Shown here in pieces: positions 23,907-37,100 of a stretch of DNA of 64,000 nt (its first letter is position 1; each line of letters begins with the position of its first letter). Source of the stretch: Lama guanicoe (Eukaryota); NCBI GenBank assembly GCA_013239625.1, contig MU057344.1, positions 870,276 to 934,275 on the forward strand. The letters are read 5' to 3'. The notes under the pieces were generated by a model, which did no database searches, was not told where the DNA came from, and worked only from the letters and a program-made list of their open reading frames with translations. A program made the translations under genes and the position numbers.

Positions 23907-26900
23907 CCGCCCGGAGCCCACGCGGCGGGCGGAAGTGAGCGGCCCACGCTCCGGACCCCGCCCCGGCGCAGACCCCGCCCCGGGCACAAGCCCCACGCGG
24001 TTGGACCCCAACTCCCCGCCAGCCCGACGCAGACCGCCCCCGACCTGGGGGCTGGACCCGAGCCTGGGGGGCCCCGCGACCTGCTCCTCGGGCCGTGAGG
24101 TGACCTCCCCTCCGAGACACTATCAGCCTTTGGGGAGCTGGAGGCCGGGGCTCCTCCCCCCACCACGGAGGTGGGACTGAGGTGGGGAAGGCTGCCTTGC
24201 CCTGAGGAGCCATTTTCCACCCTTCAGGCCGGGGTCCCCAGGGGCCTCCGAGGAGGAGGAGCTGGGCGGGAAGACAGCTAGGGGGTCCCGGCGTCTCCCC
24301 ACCCGCCGGCGTCCAGGCGTGTCCCTGCTCTGCCACCTTCCTCCGCGTGGACGGCTGTGAGCCTGGGTTTCTAGCTCTGTTGTTCCCAGGATGTCGCCAT
24401 CTCCTTACACAAGAGGGAGGAGATTAGCTTCCTTAATTAAGAAATGAAGAAATGAGAAGACCGAGTCCAGGGCCCCGGATCCTGGGCCAGGGGTGGCCGC
24501 CTGGGAGGGGCTTCCCTGATACCCTCGGCGCTTTCCCCTGATGACCATACAGTCTACCACTTGGTGGCAGCAGACGCCCAGGGACCCTCAGCCACTCCTG
24601 CCAGCGCAGAGCTGGCTCCTTGTGCGCCTTCCCCCTCCGCCCAGCCCCGAGGCGGGGCTGGGCTGTGCGGGCCGGCGCGCAGTGGGCAGCGAGCTGGGCC
24701 GTTCCTCTCCAGACCACAGACAGATGCCGCCCGGGACGCTCGGACCCTTTGCCTCTCCCCAGCCCCGCAGCTCTGGGGCTTTGCTCTGCACCGCCCTCTG
24801 TGGGTTAGGGTTAGCTGCTGCAGCCTCCTCCCCTCCCCACCACTTCATGGCACAGTCCTGCCTCCCCCCACCTCGGGTCCTGGGCAGCCCCTGTGGCACA
24901 CTCCAGCCTGCGGACCCCAGTCCCCAAAGAGAGACCACGCAAGTGGCCGTTCATCCTCCGTGCGTGCCCACTCTGACCTCCAGGGTGGGGCGAACTCATT
25001 CCCCCAAATGTCCCTAAGTGGCTTCCTGCGGCAGGGACTGTTCTAGATGCTAAGGGACCCCCAGGGGTCCTCACCCCTGGAGGCTGCCAGCTGCTGGGAG
25101 GCAGTGCACGTGTGGGCAGCAGGAGCTGCAGAAGTGGGTGGTCTCGGGGTCCTGGAGTGGGTGACGTGCAGCTGGGCCGGCTCCCAGGTGAGAGAAGCCA
25201 AGGTGAGGGGGCTCCAGGCCTGGTACATGGCAGGTGCCAACTGACTGAGGACGCGACTCCCAAATAGCTTGTGACTACAGTTCCCAGACACAGTCCTGCT
25301 GGCCTTTTCTGGAAGGGTCACCACACTTCCGAGAGCCAGCTGTGGGGACTTCCAGGAGAAATGGCCAGGCCTCCCCGAGAAGGCCAGCATGCGCCCAGCT
25401 CTGTGAAGACTCTGGAAGCAGAGCATCAGGGTCTTAGTGTCCCAGCCCCTTTCTCTACGGACCTCACCCCAAGGCAGGAGCAGGGAGGGTCTCAGGTGGA
25501 CACAGAACCATGGCGTGGCCTGAGGGCAGACACCCGGAGTGGGTGCGGGCCCTGGGGGCTGTCAGGGCCTGGCTAAGTCTCACTCCAGCTTAGGGCACAG
25601 GAGGTGAGGGGCACCCAGTCTCCTTTGGCCTTAGCCACCCCTGTGGGCTTCACTTACCCTTGACTTCTAACAGGGGGGAGAGCCCCATGTAAAATCTGTC
25701 TCCCGGGGATGTCTCCTCTCTGGTTTCATCCAGCTGCTAGGGATTAACTCCCTCCATGACCACCGGGACTGACAGCCTGGGACACTGCCACCAAGAGCAG
25801 AGCTGGGTGACCCCTGCGCCAAGCACACGGCAGGTGCTGACGCCCTGCCCGCACCCCCTCAGCCGCCGCTTTCCGACAGCTGCCCACCCGCCGGCCCAGC
25901 CTGCACAGGGACCTGGAGGTGGAAGGGGAGCACTGTGTACCCCGAGAGACCCACCTTGTCCCAGCATTATCAGCAAGACACAGTGGCAGTGGTGGGGCTG
26001 GAGGAAATTTAAAAGTTGAACTTAACTCAAAGACTCACATTTCCCCGAGCTCTCGGAAGCAGTGACAGGCAGTGGGGCTTTATTGGAAAATAATTTCTGA
26101 TGGAGACTGACACTGGCACTGCGGAAACAAGTTTTCTACAAGCCAAAATGCATGTTTACAAAGAATCCTTCAGCGTTTTGGAGAAGGCACCCCTCCAGTG
26201 AAGCGGAAAGTGCTCGGTGGGCGGGGGTGTTGCGGCCCCACCCTGCAGCACAGGACTGGCCCAGCTGGGAGGCCCTTCCCCCTGTCTTTCTCTGGCTTTG
26301 GCCACTGAAAGTGATACGTTTGTGGGTGATGACCAGATGCCCCCTCCCCTCCAAGGCACCCATCCCAGAATCAGGGTGACATCTGCAGCCAGCTGCTCGG
26401 GAGCCTGCACCTCCCAGCGCCTTCCAGCACCACGGAAGGTCCTCAGAGCCGCGGTATGAGCTTGCTGCCTCCCCCCGCCCCCTGCAGAGCAGGCCTGCCC
26501 GCTGACGGGTGCTGCTGCTGCTGGTTTGCTGCCTCTCCTCCAAGGCGGCCCTGCAAGGCAAACCCTGTCAGCTGGACCCCAGCCTGGAGCCTGCTGGCCT
26601 GGGCCAAGCCCCACTTGGATTCCCCAGACCCTCCTTTGATTTCTCAGGGGCGGGTTTTCCCTTCGGGGCACCCAGCAAGTGGGGTCAAGATGTCTCGGGC
26701 CTGAGGCCACCCAGCACAACCAGCCCCGGAGAGCAGCACAGCCTCCAGTCTCCCGGTGAGGCCGGCCCCAACTCCAATGGCCTGGCCAGCGCCGGCTCAC
26801 TGGCCGGCCAGCCTTGAGGCCTGGGCTGCCTGCTCCCCGGAGCCCGGACTCCTGGTTGTGCTGGCCACACGTGCTAGCCTGCGTGTGCTGAGCAGGCAAG

Positions 26901-27577
26901 CCTTCCTGGAGCTGGGCGGTGACATTCGTGGGTGTGCGGAGTGCCAGGCAGACAGGCTGGATTGAAACAGTTGCCTGGGAAACATGGCAGGGTCCCTCGG
27001 GCAGCAGAGCGGGCGCGGGGCCCCCTCACTGGTGTGGGGACAAGGACACCCTTGGCCTCCTCGAGGCACCTCCTCCCAGCTGCAGAGGGGCAGGCGTCGA
27101 TGTCCGGGACCAGCCGGCACAACCTTCAGCCTTCACTGTAAGAGCGTGAAAGCCACAGGATAGCCGAGGGTGGCAAAGGAGGGGCAGTGGCCACTGCAAA
27201 GTCCCAATGCTGGCCCCCACCTCCCCCAGGCCCCGACTCCCTCCTCTGCTGCTGCCCTTCCCGCAGCCATATAGGCCCTCCCTCTGTCCCAATGCCCCAA
27301 CTCCTGTGATGCTCAGGCTCTGCTCTGGCGTCCTCTCCACCGAGAAGCCTTCCTGGCCCTCCCCTCACCCTGTCGCCCTGCTGGGTTTTCCTACCCCTCC
27401 GGTGGGAAGTGTAGGGCTGGGGTGCTGCACTCTGCCCCAGGGTGTCCCCAGAGCCTGAGGGGGTGCCTGGCCCAGAGGGGACAGTCAGCCAGTCCCGAAG
27501 ATGAGCTGGGAGGGACCGTCTCAGGCTTTCTTCCTGCGGGGCATGAAAGTCAAGCAGAGACCAAGCTTTGGGGGTAG

Positions 27578-27972
27578 TGGGTGGTTCCCTGAATCTATGT
27601 CCACTGGAACCGGGGAACATGACCATATTTGGAAGTAGGGTCTTTGCAGCTGGAATCAAGTTAAGACGAGGCCACCACACTGGGTTAGGTGGGCCCTAAA
27701 TCCCATGTGACTGGAGTCCTTGAAAGAGGAGGGATGTTTGGACACAGAGAGAAGCTCCCTGACTGTGAAGGCAGAGGCTGGAGGCCATGAGCCTGGAGAC
27801 ACCTGGAGCCACCGGAAGCCGGAAGAAGCAGGAAGGATGCGCCCTGCTGGAAGGAGTGCAGCCCTTCCGCACCTTGAGTGTGGACTTCTGGCCCCCAAAC
27901 TGTGAGGGGTGGACCCTGTCGCTTGAAGCCCCCAGCTTGGTCATTTGTGCCGTGGCCACAGGACATTGACAT
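27578..27972 (+). mobile_element. MLT1-type (ERVL-MaLR) solo LTR
   Basis: gaccatatttggaagtagggtctttgcagctggaatcaagttaagacgagg...ggacttctggcccccaaactgtgag...; ~400 bp. Confidence 0.85.
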
Positions 27973-28523
27973 GGGACTCGGGCGTCTCCTCGCCATCCCC
28001 ACCGCGTGCAGCTTGAAGCCCCCGGGCACCGTTTGGTCGGGGGCAGCCAGGCATCCTGAGGCTACTCTCCTGGCCTGGGCCCTGTCACCATCCCTCAGAG
28101 CCATGGCCTCAAGGAGAGCCAGCTCTACTCCGAGCCCACATACGTCCTGGGAAGAACCCAGGATGGGCGACACTGGGCCGGGGTCCCCTCCCGGAGAACC
28201 TCTTCTGGTGGAGAGGGTGGCCGCTAGCGTCGGCCCGGCTTCCCACTCCCGTGGCTTCTCACCTCCTTATGGCAGATCCGCAGGCTGGAGCCCCAACTTC
28301 CTGAGATGCTGGCAGGTCCCTGGCCTTCTGAGCCCCAGCTGTGTCACCCCCAGTTCTGTGTGAGCCATTTCTGACCTTGTGTCAAGGGCTCTGATGTGGA
28401 AAGCTCCGATCCCCCTCCCTGGGGGCCTCCCTGGGCAGGGGCCGTCTTCAGGCTGGCCCAAGTGTGCCTGGCGTGGCTCAGGGGGCGGGCATCCCCATCG
28501 GAGCTGCAGGCCTCAGCTGTGCC

Positions 28524-28596
28524 CTCTCTCTGCCCCCTCCCCCCTCCTCCTTCTCTCCTCCCTCCCCCTTCTCCTCCTTCCTTTCCCTCCCCCTTC
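28524..28596. repeat. Polypyrimidine low-complexity tract
   Basis: About 70 nt, almost entirely C/T. Confidence 0.8.
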
Positions 28597-31271
28597 AGCC
28601 CCCACCTGTCTTAACAAGGGCACAAAAGCTTTAGCCCTTCCCAATGTGGACGGAGAGGCTAGGTCAGGGGTCAGCAGGTGGTTATTCGACCTCCCTGGCA
28701 ATAACTGGTGGGGGTCTGTTGGGGCAGGGGTAGTGGGCACAGGTAGAAAGCTGCCTCCTCTCTCCCACCCCCACCCCAGGGACCATGCACCTGGAGTTAT
28801 TCTACCTGCCTCTAAGTCTTACGGGGACCTGGGCCTTGACTGACCAGAGGTCTCAGAGCAGCCAGAGGTCACGAGGTCATCAGCCAGAGGCCTGGTGAGG
28901 GATGCCAGCCCTCGGCAGAGGGCCTGTGTCTCTGCTTTCCAGTTGCCAGGTTTTGGCAGCAGCTGGTCAGGGCATAACTGTCTGTTGCCTGGCCCAGGGG
29001 GGCAGGAGGGGCCTTGGCCAGCTCTCTGACCCGACTCCGTGACCTCACCATCCAGGAGGCAGGCGCAGCAGGGACCCCCCACCCACCCACTACGGCTACC
29101 CTGGACGAGCTGCTCCTGCGCTGCTGACCACACAGCCCCCCAGGCCAGAGGGCAGCCCAGGGCCCTGCGTGGCCCGCGGAGGCCTGCCAGGGGCTGTCAG
29201 GCCAGCGGGGGCAGCAGCCCGAGGCCCTGTGGAGTCACTTCTCTGAACTGGCCCTACTGCTGCCTGCAGCCCAAGGCGGGGCCAGGGTGCAGCTGGAATC
29301 AGGACTGACGGCGGGTAGGTGTCCAAGCAGGCAGTGGCCCAAGGCCAAGCCCCCTTGGGCCACTGAGACCAGCCTGCTCGCCCCTCCTGCTGCCTTTTGG
29401 GCCCCCCCCCCGCCGCTGTGCCTCTACTCCCTCGGGCTGGGATGCTGGCAGGAGGCAGGAGGGCCCTGGCTGGGCAGCAGCCCAGGGGGAGAGCTGGCCT
29501 CCCAGAGTCTCTGAGGCGACTTCAGGCCCTTCTGGCTACTTGGAAGGAGCGGGCTGAGGAAGAGGAGGGTGCAGGAGTTAGAAAAGCCGGTGGGGGCGAG
29601 GGAGGTGGGGAGCAGGGCGTGGAGGGAAGGGGACTGGGAGTCAGGGATGCGTGACTCATACGGGAGATGTTCTTGGAAGGACAGCCCGCTATGGGGAGTG
29701 GACACATCCATGAGCTGCTGCTGCCCAACTTGCAGGACAGTGGCACCCCTGCCCCATGAGCCTCCCACACTACAGCTGGAGAGAGGCTGTCTACCAGCTG
29801 GTCCCGCACCCAGCCCTGCCGCGGAGGTGCCCTGGCTCCACCCCACCTAGAGATGGGCCTGCCAGCCCCTTGTTATCAGCCACATGACAGACTGGAACCC
29901 AGGTCTCCTGTGCTGCTGCCCGGGCTGGTGGCCTTGCTGACAGAGTGGCACTGAGTGTCCTGAGAGGGGGAGTGGGGTCCGGGGGTGAGGGGTGCTGGGC
30001 TTGGCCTGCAGGGAAGGATGGACAGCACACCTGGCCTGGGAGACTCAGGCCAGGCCTGGGCAGACGGTGAGGCCAACAGCTCTCAGCCTGGGTGCCCTTG
30101 TGCCCCCACAGGCTGCTCCTGAGCTGTGGAGGGGCCCCCAGACTCTGCGCCCACACCCAGCCACACCAGCTGTCCACAGGCTGCTGACTGGCGGCTGGTC
30201 ACTGTGGCGGTGACCCCCTGGTGTCCCCTCGCTCCAGCTGCAACCTATGACTGTGGAAGACGCTGAAGAGAGTTGTGCCTGTTAAGACGGCCCTGAAGCT
30301 CCCGGGCCAGCGCCTCCTGTGAGGGAGCCGTCCCTGCCGGGAAGGCCAGCGCCTGCAGGGAGCAGCTTCTCTTCTCCCCGGGGGCAAGCATGTCCGGCTG
30401 GGGGGGCAGAACACTGCTGAGAGCTTGGGGCTGCCCAGCACTTCAGGCCAGGCCCTGCGGCCACTGGGACCCTGTGGGGACAAAGAGGGACGCTGGACGC
30501 CTGTCACAGCCCCGGTGGCCTTCTCTGAGGGCCTCAGCCCCAGGGGCCTGCTGACCACACAGCGTGACAGCTGCCCCAGGCTTCCAGGAGCCGCGGGCCT
30601 GCAGCACGGGGTCCCGTGAACACGGCCCCTGCCAGCCTCCCCTGCTCTCACCTCTGGCGCTGCCATTGGTCTGCGGTCAGGTGGCCCCGACTCGTCGCCG
30701 TCCTCCGACCTGCCCTCACCCGCCCCACCTCTGTCCAGCTGCCTGCCCCTCCTCTCGGGTCATTCAGAATGTGCAGGAGCCGCCTGTGACGAGGTCATTG
30801 CAATAACATGTTCCAGCTTAGCCCAACATCTCTGAAATATTACATCTCAGCGTGGAATTGTGTACAAATGTCGGCACGTTTCCACACGTTCCTCTCCACG
30901 CTGGGCCTCTGCACGCAGAAGCCAGCTCTGGTCAGCCGTGATGCGGAGCTGGGGGCCAGCCTGGCTGTGAGTGGCCAGGGGCTGGGGAAGGGCCTGGAAG
31001 CAGGGCCCCACTGGCCCCCATGGTCTCATTCCAGACTCCTTCTGCTGCATCAAGGCTGCGGGCTTCAAGGGGGCTCTCGTGACGGTCCCCAAATACCACA
31101 TCAGTATGAGGGGGCCACCGTAGAGGCAGCAGGAATCCCCTGGAGGCCAGCTGCCGTCCACCCTGGGGACACCCTCCTGCCGGGCAGACGAGTTCCTAGC
31201 CTCAGTTCCCCGTTTCTTGTTTGCCCAGCCATGGGAGCATGCTGGCGGGAAGGGCCGAGACCACCGTGGCC

Positions 31272-31600
31272 GTAGTCCGCTGGGGATGTGATAACAAAAT
31301 CTCACAGGTGGTGGCGAACAGACAGTGGAAGTTTATTCCTCCTGGTTCTGGAGGCGGGACATCTGCGATCAGGGTGCCGGCGCGGCTGGGTTCGGGTTCG
31401 GGTTCAGGCCCCGGCAGGTTCTGTGTTCTCACATGGTGGGAGGTGCGGCAAGAGCTCTGAGCGTCCCTTCGTGAGGGCCTGGATCCCACCTGTAAAGGCG
31501 CATCCTCAGGCCCCAGTCACCTCCCAAAGGCCCCGCTCCCCAGTGGGGGCTAGAGCTCAGCAGATGGATCTGGGGGCCGTGAGCGTTCGGGCCACAGCCT
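31272..31600 (-). mobile_element. MLT1A-like (ERVL-MaLR) LTR
   Basis: taacaaaa...agtttattcctcctggttctggaggcggga...atcagggtgccggc...tcacatggtgg...tcacctcccaaaggcccc. Confidence 0.75.
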
Positions 31601-33844
31601 CTGGGTGGCTCCCGGGCGCTCTGCGGCCGTGGCTCCCATAACTTTCACCACAGGTGCCGTCTGGGGTGGGGGCGGAGCAGAGCGCTCGCCCGCCGGCAGC
31701 CCCTGCAGATTTTCTCCCAGACCCCACTCTCCGGCCTGGCTGTGAAACGTCAGTTGCAGCTGACTTGCCTCCAGAGAAGCAAAGTACCAAGAAGGAATCA
31801 GCCACGGGAGACCCCCATCCTGGAGCCCCGGGTCCCCCCACAGCCCCGCATGTGGCAATTAAACACACATTCTGGAGGGACTATCTTTACTCTGCCCGGG
31901 CTGTCTGCCGGGCCCGCAAGAGGGGCCACGAGTCCAGAAGCTCTGGCAGAGACGTGGCAGTCCAGGCTGGGAGTCGGGTTCTCAAGAGGATATTCAAAGC
32001 GAAAGTCTCACCCAGGGAAAGGACAGTTGCAGAGTGGAGCAAGGGTACCAGAGTGGCAAGGGCGGGCTCTGAGCATCTTCCACCAGATGGTGTGACTCGG
32101 TTAGGGGCCCGGCCCCTGGGCAAGGCCGCCCTCCGCCAGGTGCCAGGGTGCCCACCCGGGCAGCTTTGGTGCCCTTCCTTAAGGGCAGGTGAGACAGGGC
32201 CCCCACTATGGGTAGATGTTTCTTCCCAAGAGCAAATCAGGACAAACTACAAGGTTGGAGAGGTGTGTTTTTCCCTGGGAAAATGCACGCTTGTGGAAAA
32301 TCAACTGTTTGACATCTTAGATTTGCTACATTCCAGAAGAAAGGTGCAGCCTTTTGCCTGGCACGATGGCGCGGGGCCCCAGGCTGGAGGCTGCTGGCGG
32401 AGATGGGTCCTTGTAGATGCAAGAGGGCCCCACGAAGCATGGGGACCCAGTGACCCGTCCCCAACTCAGGGTGGAGCTGAGGATCTCTCTCCGTGGTCCT
32501 CTGGAGTGGGGCCCTCGCAGGGTCCCCTCAACCATCTCAGGTGTTGACACCTGGAGCTGGGAGAGGCTGGGCGACAGCAGAAGAGCCCAGTGTCCTGAGC
32601 CCCCCAGAGCAGCCGCCCAGCAAGGCCGTCCTTCCCACAGAGGGGGAAGGTGCGCTGGCCGGGGCCCTGCTCAGCTGAGCACTGGGTGGTCAATCCTGCG
32701 GGCACAGACCTCTGGGAGGGGGGCCTGGCCTGGCTGCAGTTCTGCCCTCCGTGCCCCCTGGCAAGACCTCAGCCCTGCTCCCGCCCTGAGGGTTTTCCAT
32801 CCTTGTGTTGAAGCCTCAGAGCTGCAGGCGGGCCTTTCTGTTCACAACCACGTGTTCTCTGTGTGTGTGTATGTGTGTGTGTGCATGTCTGGTGTTCTCA
32901 GACCCAGAGCTGAATCCCAAGGCTCCTCCCAACCTGGGTGTGTCCTGCAGGGGATACTGAGGCTGGAGGGGCTCAGCCACATGCCCAGCGTGCAGGGCAG
33001 TCCTTCCAGCCTCCTGGGATGCTGGCCTTTCAGGACCCCCTCCCGCCTTCCTTTCTCCTTCTCAACTTTGCCCTCCCCCCCTCCTTTCTGGCAAGCAGAT
33101 TGCAATCCAAACTTGTTGTTAACTTCTCCCCTGCAGTTGTCCGCCAGCCCATCCAAGTTAAATATTACTCACGGAGATGAGGGCCCGCTGGCCTGGAGGT
33201 GGACCGGTCTGGGGAAGGTGCTGGGCAGAGGCCAATGCCAGGCCCACGGCCACGGGGACCCTCCCTGTGGCGTCTGTGGGCGCTGGGGGTGGGGTGGGGG
33301 TGCAGGAAGGGAGCCCGCAGGCCTCTGCCCCACCCTTTGAAGTTGCCTGTGTACTTGACCTTCATGCTGCGGCCAGAACGGTGGGCAGTGGGTCCCTGGG
33401 TGGAGTGGGGTGGGGAGCGTCTGGGGCAGAAGAGGGGCTTGGGCCCGGCTGGGCAAGGACCCTCCCCTCGGCTGGTGGCTTCTGCCCTGTGCCAGGCTGG
33501 GAGCAGGATGGGGAACAAAATGTTCAGAAAAATAGCCTATCTGTTTCGAATCGATTTCTCTTATCTCACCCTCAGTTTTCCCAGCAGCGAAGTGGAGGCA
33601 CAGGGCTGCTATTAACTGAACTTCCCTTCCTCCTCCGGGGAAGCGCCCACCCGCTCACCCAGCACCCGCCCCACCCCCGCCCATCAGTGAGGGGCTGTGG
33701 CTCTGGGGCCTCCGTGGCTCAGAGCAGCACCCCCCAAGCCCCCACCCCCGGGGGCAGCCTAGCTGGGAGCAGACAACAGGCCTCCCTCTTTTCATCACCT
33801 GTCACCCCCCTCTGCATGGACCCTGCAGGGACCTGAATGCACCC

Positions 33845-34100
33845 TGGCCTCAGGGACTTTGCACCTACTGTGCCAGGCCCAGAAGGCTCACCTCTTACTC
33901 AAGTAGTGCCCACCTCTACTTGGTGCCCGACCCACCTCACTTTGGTGGATCCTTCCTAAGACTACGTACTCCCATCTAACATAGAACATGTGGAAATTTA
34001 ATTTTTTGTTGTCTCCCATGGATCTGTAAGCACTTGAGAACAGGAAGTCTTTCCTGCTGGTCTGTACACTTGTCTCAGGTAGGCCTTCAATAGTCTTGAT
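33845..34100 (+). mobile_element. L2 3'-end fragment
   Basis: cctcagggactttgcacctactgt...tgtaagcacttgagaacaggaagtc...aggccttcaata. Confidence 0.55.
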
Positions 34101-37100
34101 GGGAGAAGTCAACTCCACATTCATGCCTGGCCGGGGTCCCCCCCCCAGACGCACTCACTGCCCCTCACTGCCAGAGCCCCCTAGCCCCTACCTGGATCCC
34201 AGCCCGGGCAGGACACGTCTGGCTGACCAGAGCTCAGACCAGGGCCACCTCTGGGGCCCCAAGGGTCCAGAGGAAGAGGCGGGGCCGGGGCCGTCCCAGA
34301 AGCCTGAGCTGTTACATGGAAACACCAAGGAGGAGGGCAGAGGACAGAGGCACAGAGAGCCTAGCACAGCTGCCCCCTGACCGGTTCCAGGGCCACAGCC
34401 CGTTCACCCCCAGACTAGAAGCCCGCCTCCTGCCCTCGCTGTCCCACGGCCCCTAGACCCCGCGCCTTTGTCCGGGCAGAGCTTCTTGGGTTAGGGACCC
34501 TGTGGACACCCTGCTGCTAGAGCCACTGGGCTTCAGGAAGCAGGGCCGGCCCACACCCTGGCTTCGTTTGGTCGGCCAGACCTGCCGTGGGCTCTCTCGT
34601 GAGGCCTCCTCCTGGCCTGAGCTCGAGGCCGCAGCCAAGGACAGGAAGCCTCCTGGGGGCGGGGCCAGTTGAAAGGCCCACCGGCACCCCCCTCCCAGCC
34701 AGGTTCTCTGCACACCTTTTTCGTGAACGTGTCTGTGTGGGGCTCTGGAGATAAGGCCGCCCACCTGCGTGCCTCCTGCCCAGACCTGTGAGCGTACCTG
34801 CCTGCGTCAGACAGGCGAGTTGGGACTTCATACCTGAAATCCAGCAGGAGGGCAGGAGCGTGGGCCTTGGAACCACCTTCCTTCAGTGTCATTTCTGGGG
34901 GCAGTGAAGTCAGCCAGTGAGGTATCTGCTGCACATTTTCTTGCCCTTCATGTTGCTGGCGGGACGGAGGGTGGCCCTGACCCTTGGCCTGGCCCCCACA
35001 GTGCCCCCACGGCCCTGCCTGCTCCCCTCCCCCTAGACCCCGGACCCAACGTCTGCTTTCTGGCTGAGGCTGTGAGGGCGGGGCTGGAGTTTGCTTTGTT
35101 GTGGGCTCCGTGAGGTGATGGAGAGGGCGGGGCCTGCTTAAGGGATGGGACCCCAGCATCCCACCAGGCCAGGCAGCCAGTGCAGGCAGGGCCAGGAGCT
35201 CGGTGGGCTGGGTCCTCTGCGCAAGGAAAAACTTCTGACCATGATGGGGATGCAGGGCACACAGGACTCTGCAAACTGCACCCTCCTGTCCTAGGAGGCT
35301 TTGCCAGACTTCGTTTCAGCAAGTGTCTGCGTCTACAACAAAGCAAGTACCCAGAAGTGGGGCCCTTCTCCCACCCTGTCCTGGTCAGAGGTGGACATCG
35401 AGCTCTGAGTGTCTACGTCATTGGTCTGGGCTGAGGGCAGACCTCAGGCCGGACGTCGCAGGGAGTGCTGCGTAAAGTGAAGCCCGGACAGAGACACACC
35501 TGGTGACCAGCGGCAGGAGACCTAGGCCCAGGTGGAGGGGCTGTGGCCCTCCAGTACAGCTGCCTGGCCAGGACCAAGGTGTGGAGCCTGAGGCCTGGGG
35601 ACCACACAGGAGGGCAGCAGCCCCTGGCCAGGGAGTGTGACAGCCTCCCAGAGGGGACTGGAAGCCCAGGGGCCGCAGGCGCGTAACAGTTTCTGATGCA
35701 GGGACCACAGGGGCTTCCTAGGCCAGACAGACTGCTGGCCCAGCAGCCACCAAGGCCCGGCGCCAGCCTGCCCTGCCTCCCCGGCCACTGGGGCCCGGCA
35801 GCTCCCACAGGACGGCCAGCCTGGCAGGAATCCCGGAGCAGGAGGGACCGGACTGCTCCTGGGCCTGGGGCCTCTGCCTTGGGGCCGCAGCACAGTCACC
35901 CGGAGGGGCCCGAGGAAGGCCAGACGCTGCCCGCTGAAGGCCTTGACTGACGGCAGTGGGGGGCAGGGATGGCGGGCCATGGCCTATGGCCCCGGGGCTT
36001 GACTGGGGCCTGCGGAGCCTGGGAAGGCACCCAGGGCCGCCGCATAGCCCCTGGCCCGGCAGCGTAGCGGCGGCTGGAGGCCTGGGCGGCAGGNNNNNNN
36101 NNNNNNNNNNNNNNNNNNNNNNNNNNNNNNNNNNNNNNNNNNNNNNNNNNNNNNNNNNNNNNNNNNNNNNNNNNNNNNNNNNNNNNNNNNNNNNNNNNNN
36201 NNNNNNNNNNNNNNNNNNNNNNNNNGAAAGGAAAACATCATTTCTCTAGGCGGACAGAGGCCCGGGGCTGGGAGTCCAGCAGGAGGGGCCGAGGAGTTTC
36301 CGGCTCTGCCGCCACCCGCTGGCCCCTGGTCCCCAGCGTCCCTGCTGCTGGGAGCTTTGTCCCCAAGCAGGGCGTGGCGAGCGACAGGCTCCCGGCAGGA
36401 GCGTCTGGGAGTCCGTCCTTTGGGCGGGGCGGGAGCAGCCGCTGCTCCGGGCCACTTTTCCTCCCCTTTTTCTTCTGCAGCTGAGGAAGTGCAAGCCCGG
36501 AGCCCAGGCCAAGAGCAGCTTCGACGGCGGACGGCTTCGCAGCCCGGGCCCAGAGGCATGGGGAAGGGGCATCTCGGGGGAGAAGCTCGCGGCGGGCCTG
36601 GCGGCTACCCCTCCACCCTGGGAGTTGTCTTCCAGGCCAGGAAGGCACCTGTCTTGGTCCTCCCCAGGCCAGACTGGGCTGAGCCCCTGAAGTGCCCAGC
36701 ACATGCTGTCTGGACGCCTCCTCAGCTGAGTCCTCTGGGGGCCCGCTGTGTCCTCACGGGCTGCCTTCTATTCCAGGCCACAGAAAGGGGGCAGCGCTAG
36801 GAGGCCGGGGGCCCTTCTCCCCTGACTGTGAGGATGGACCCTCTGCAGCCTCAGGGGGCTCCCTGGGCCAGTGCCCACCTCTGGGAAACAGCGCCGTCCT
36901 GCTGGGGGCTCCTGCGGCACCTCACCGAGGAACACCTATCCGAACCAAAGTGAAATCTGGTCGCCACTCCTTCCCAGAACACAGGTCCCCGCTGAAACGT
37001 GGTTGGACTCGGGGCCAAGGGCACCAGGTGGGGGTGCCCATGGGGGCGACTCCCAGGCCCGAGTGAGAGGCAAGCCCATCCCCATCCCACTGGGGAAAGT

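Larger units (their letters stand above)
23150..24350. promoter_or_regulatory. FAAP20: FAAP20 CpG island/promoter with ETS/GABP site (CGGAAGTG 23930-23937) and GC boxes
   Basis: Dense CpG over exons 1-3; several CCCCGCCCC boxes just upstream of the ATG; no TATA seen; boundaries approximate. Confidence 0.8.

Noticed and set aside
24557-24570. CTCF-like motifs (here, ~14491-14506 and ~55490-55507)
   Set aside because: Each has core mismatches, and such matches are common in GC-rich DNA.
26423-26443. RE1/REST-like site tccagcaccacggaaggtcct
   Set aside because: Left half matches but the GGACAG core reads GGAAGG; too weak without ChIP data.
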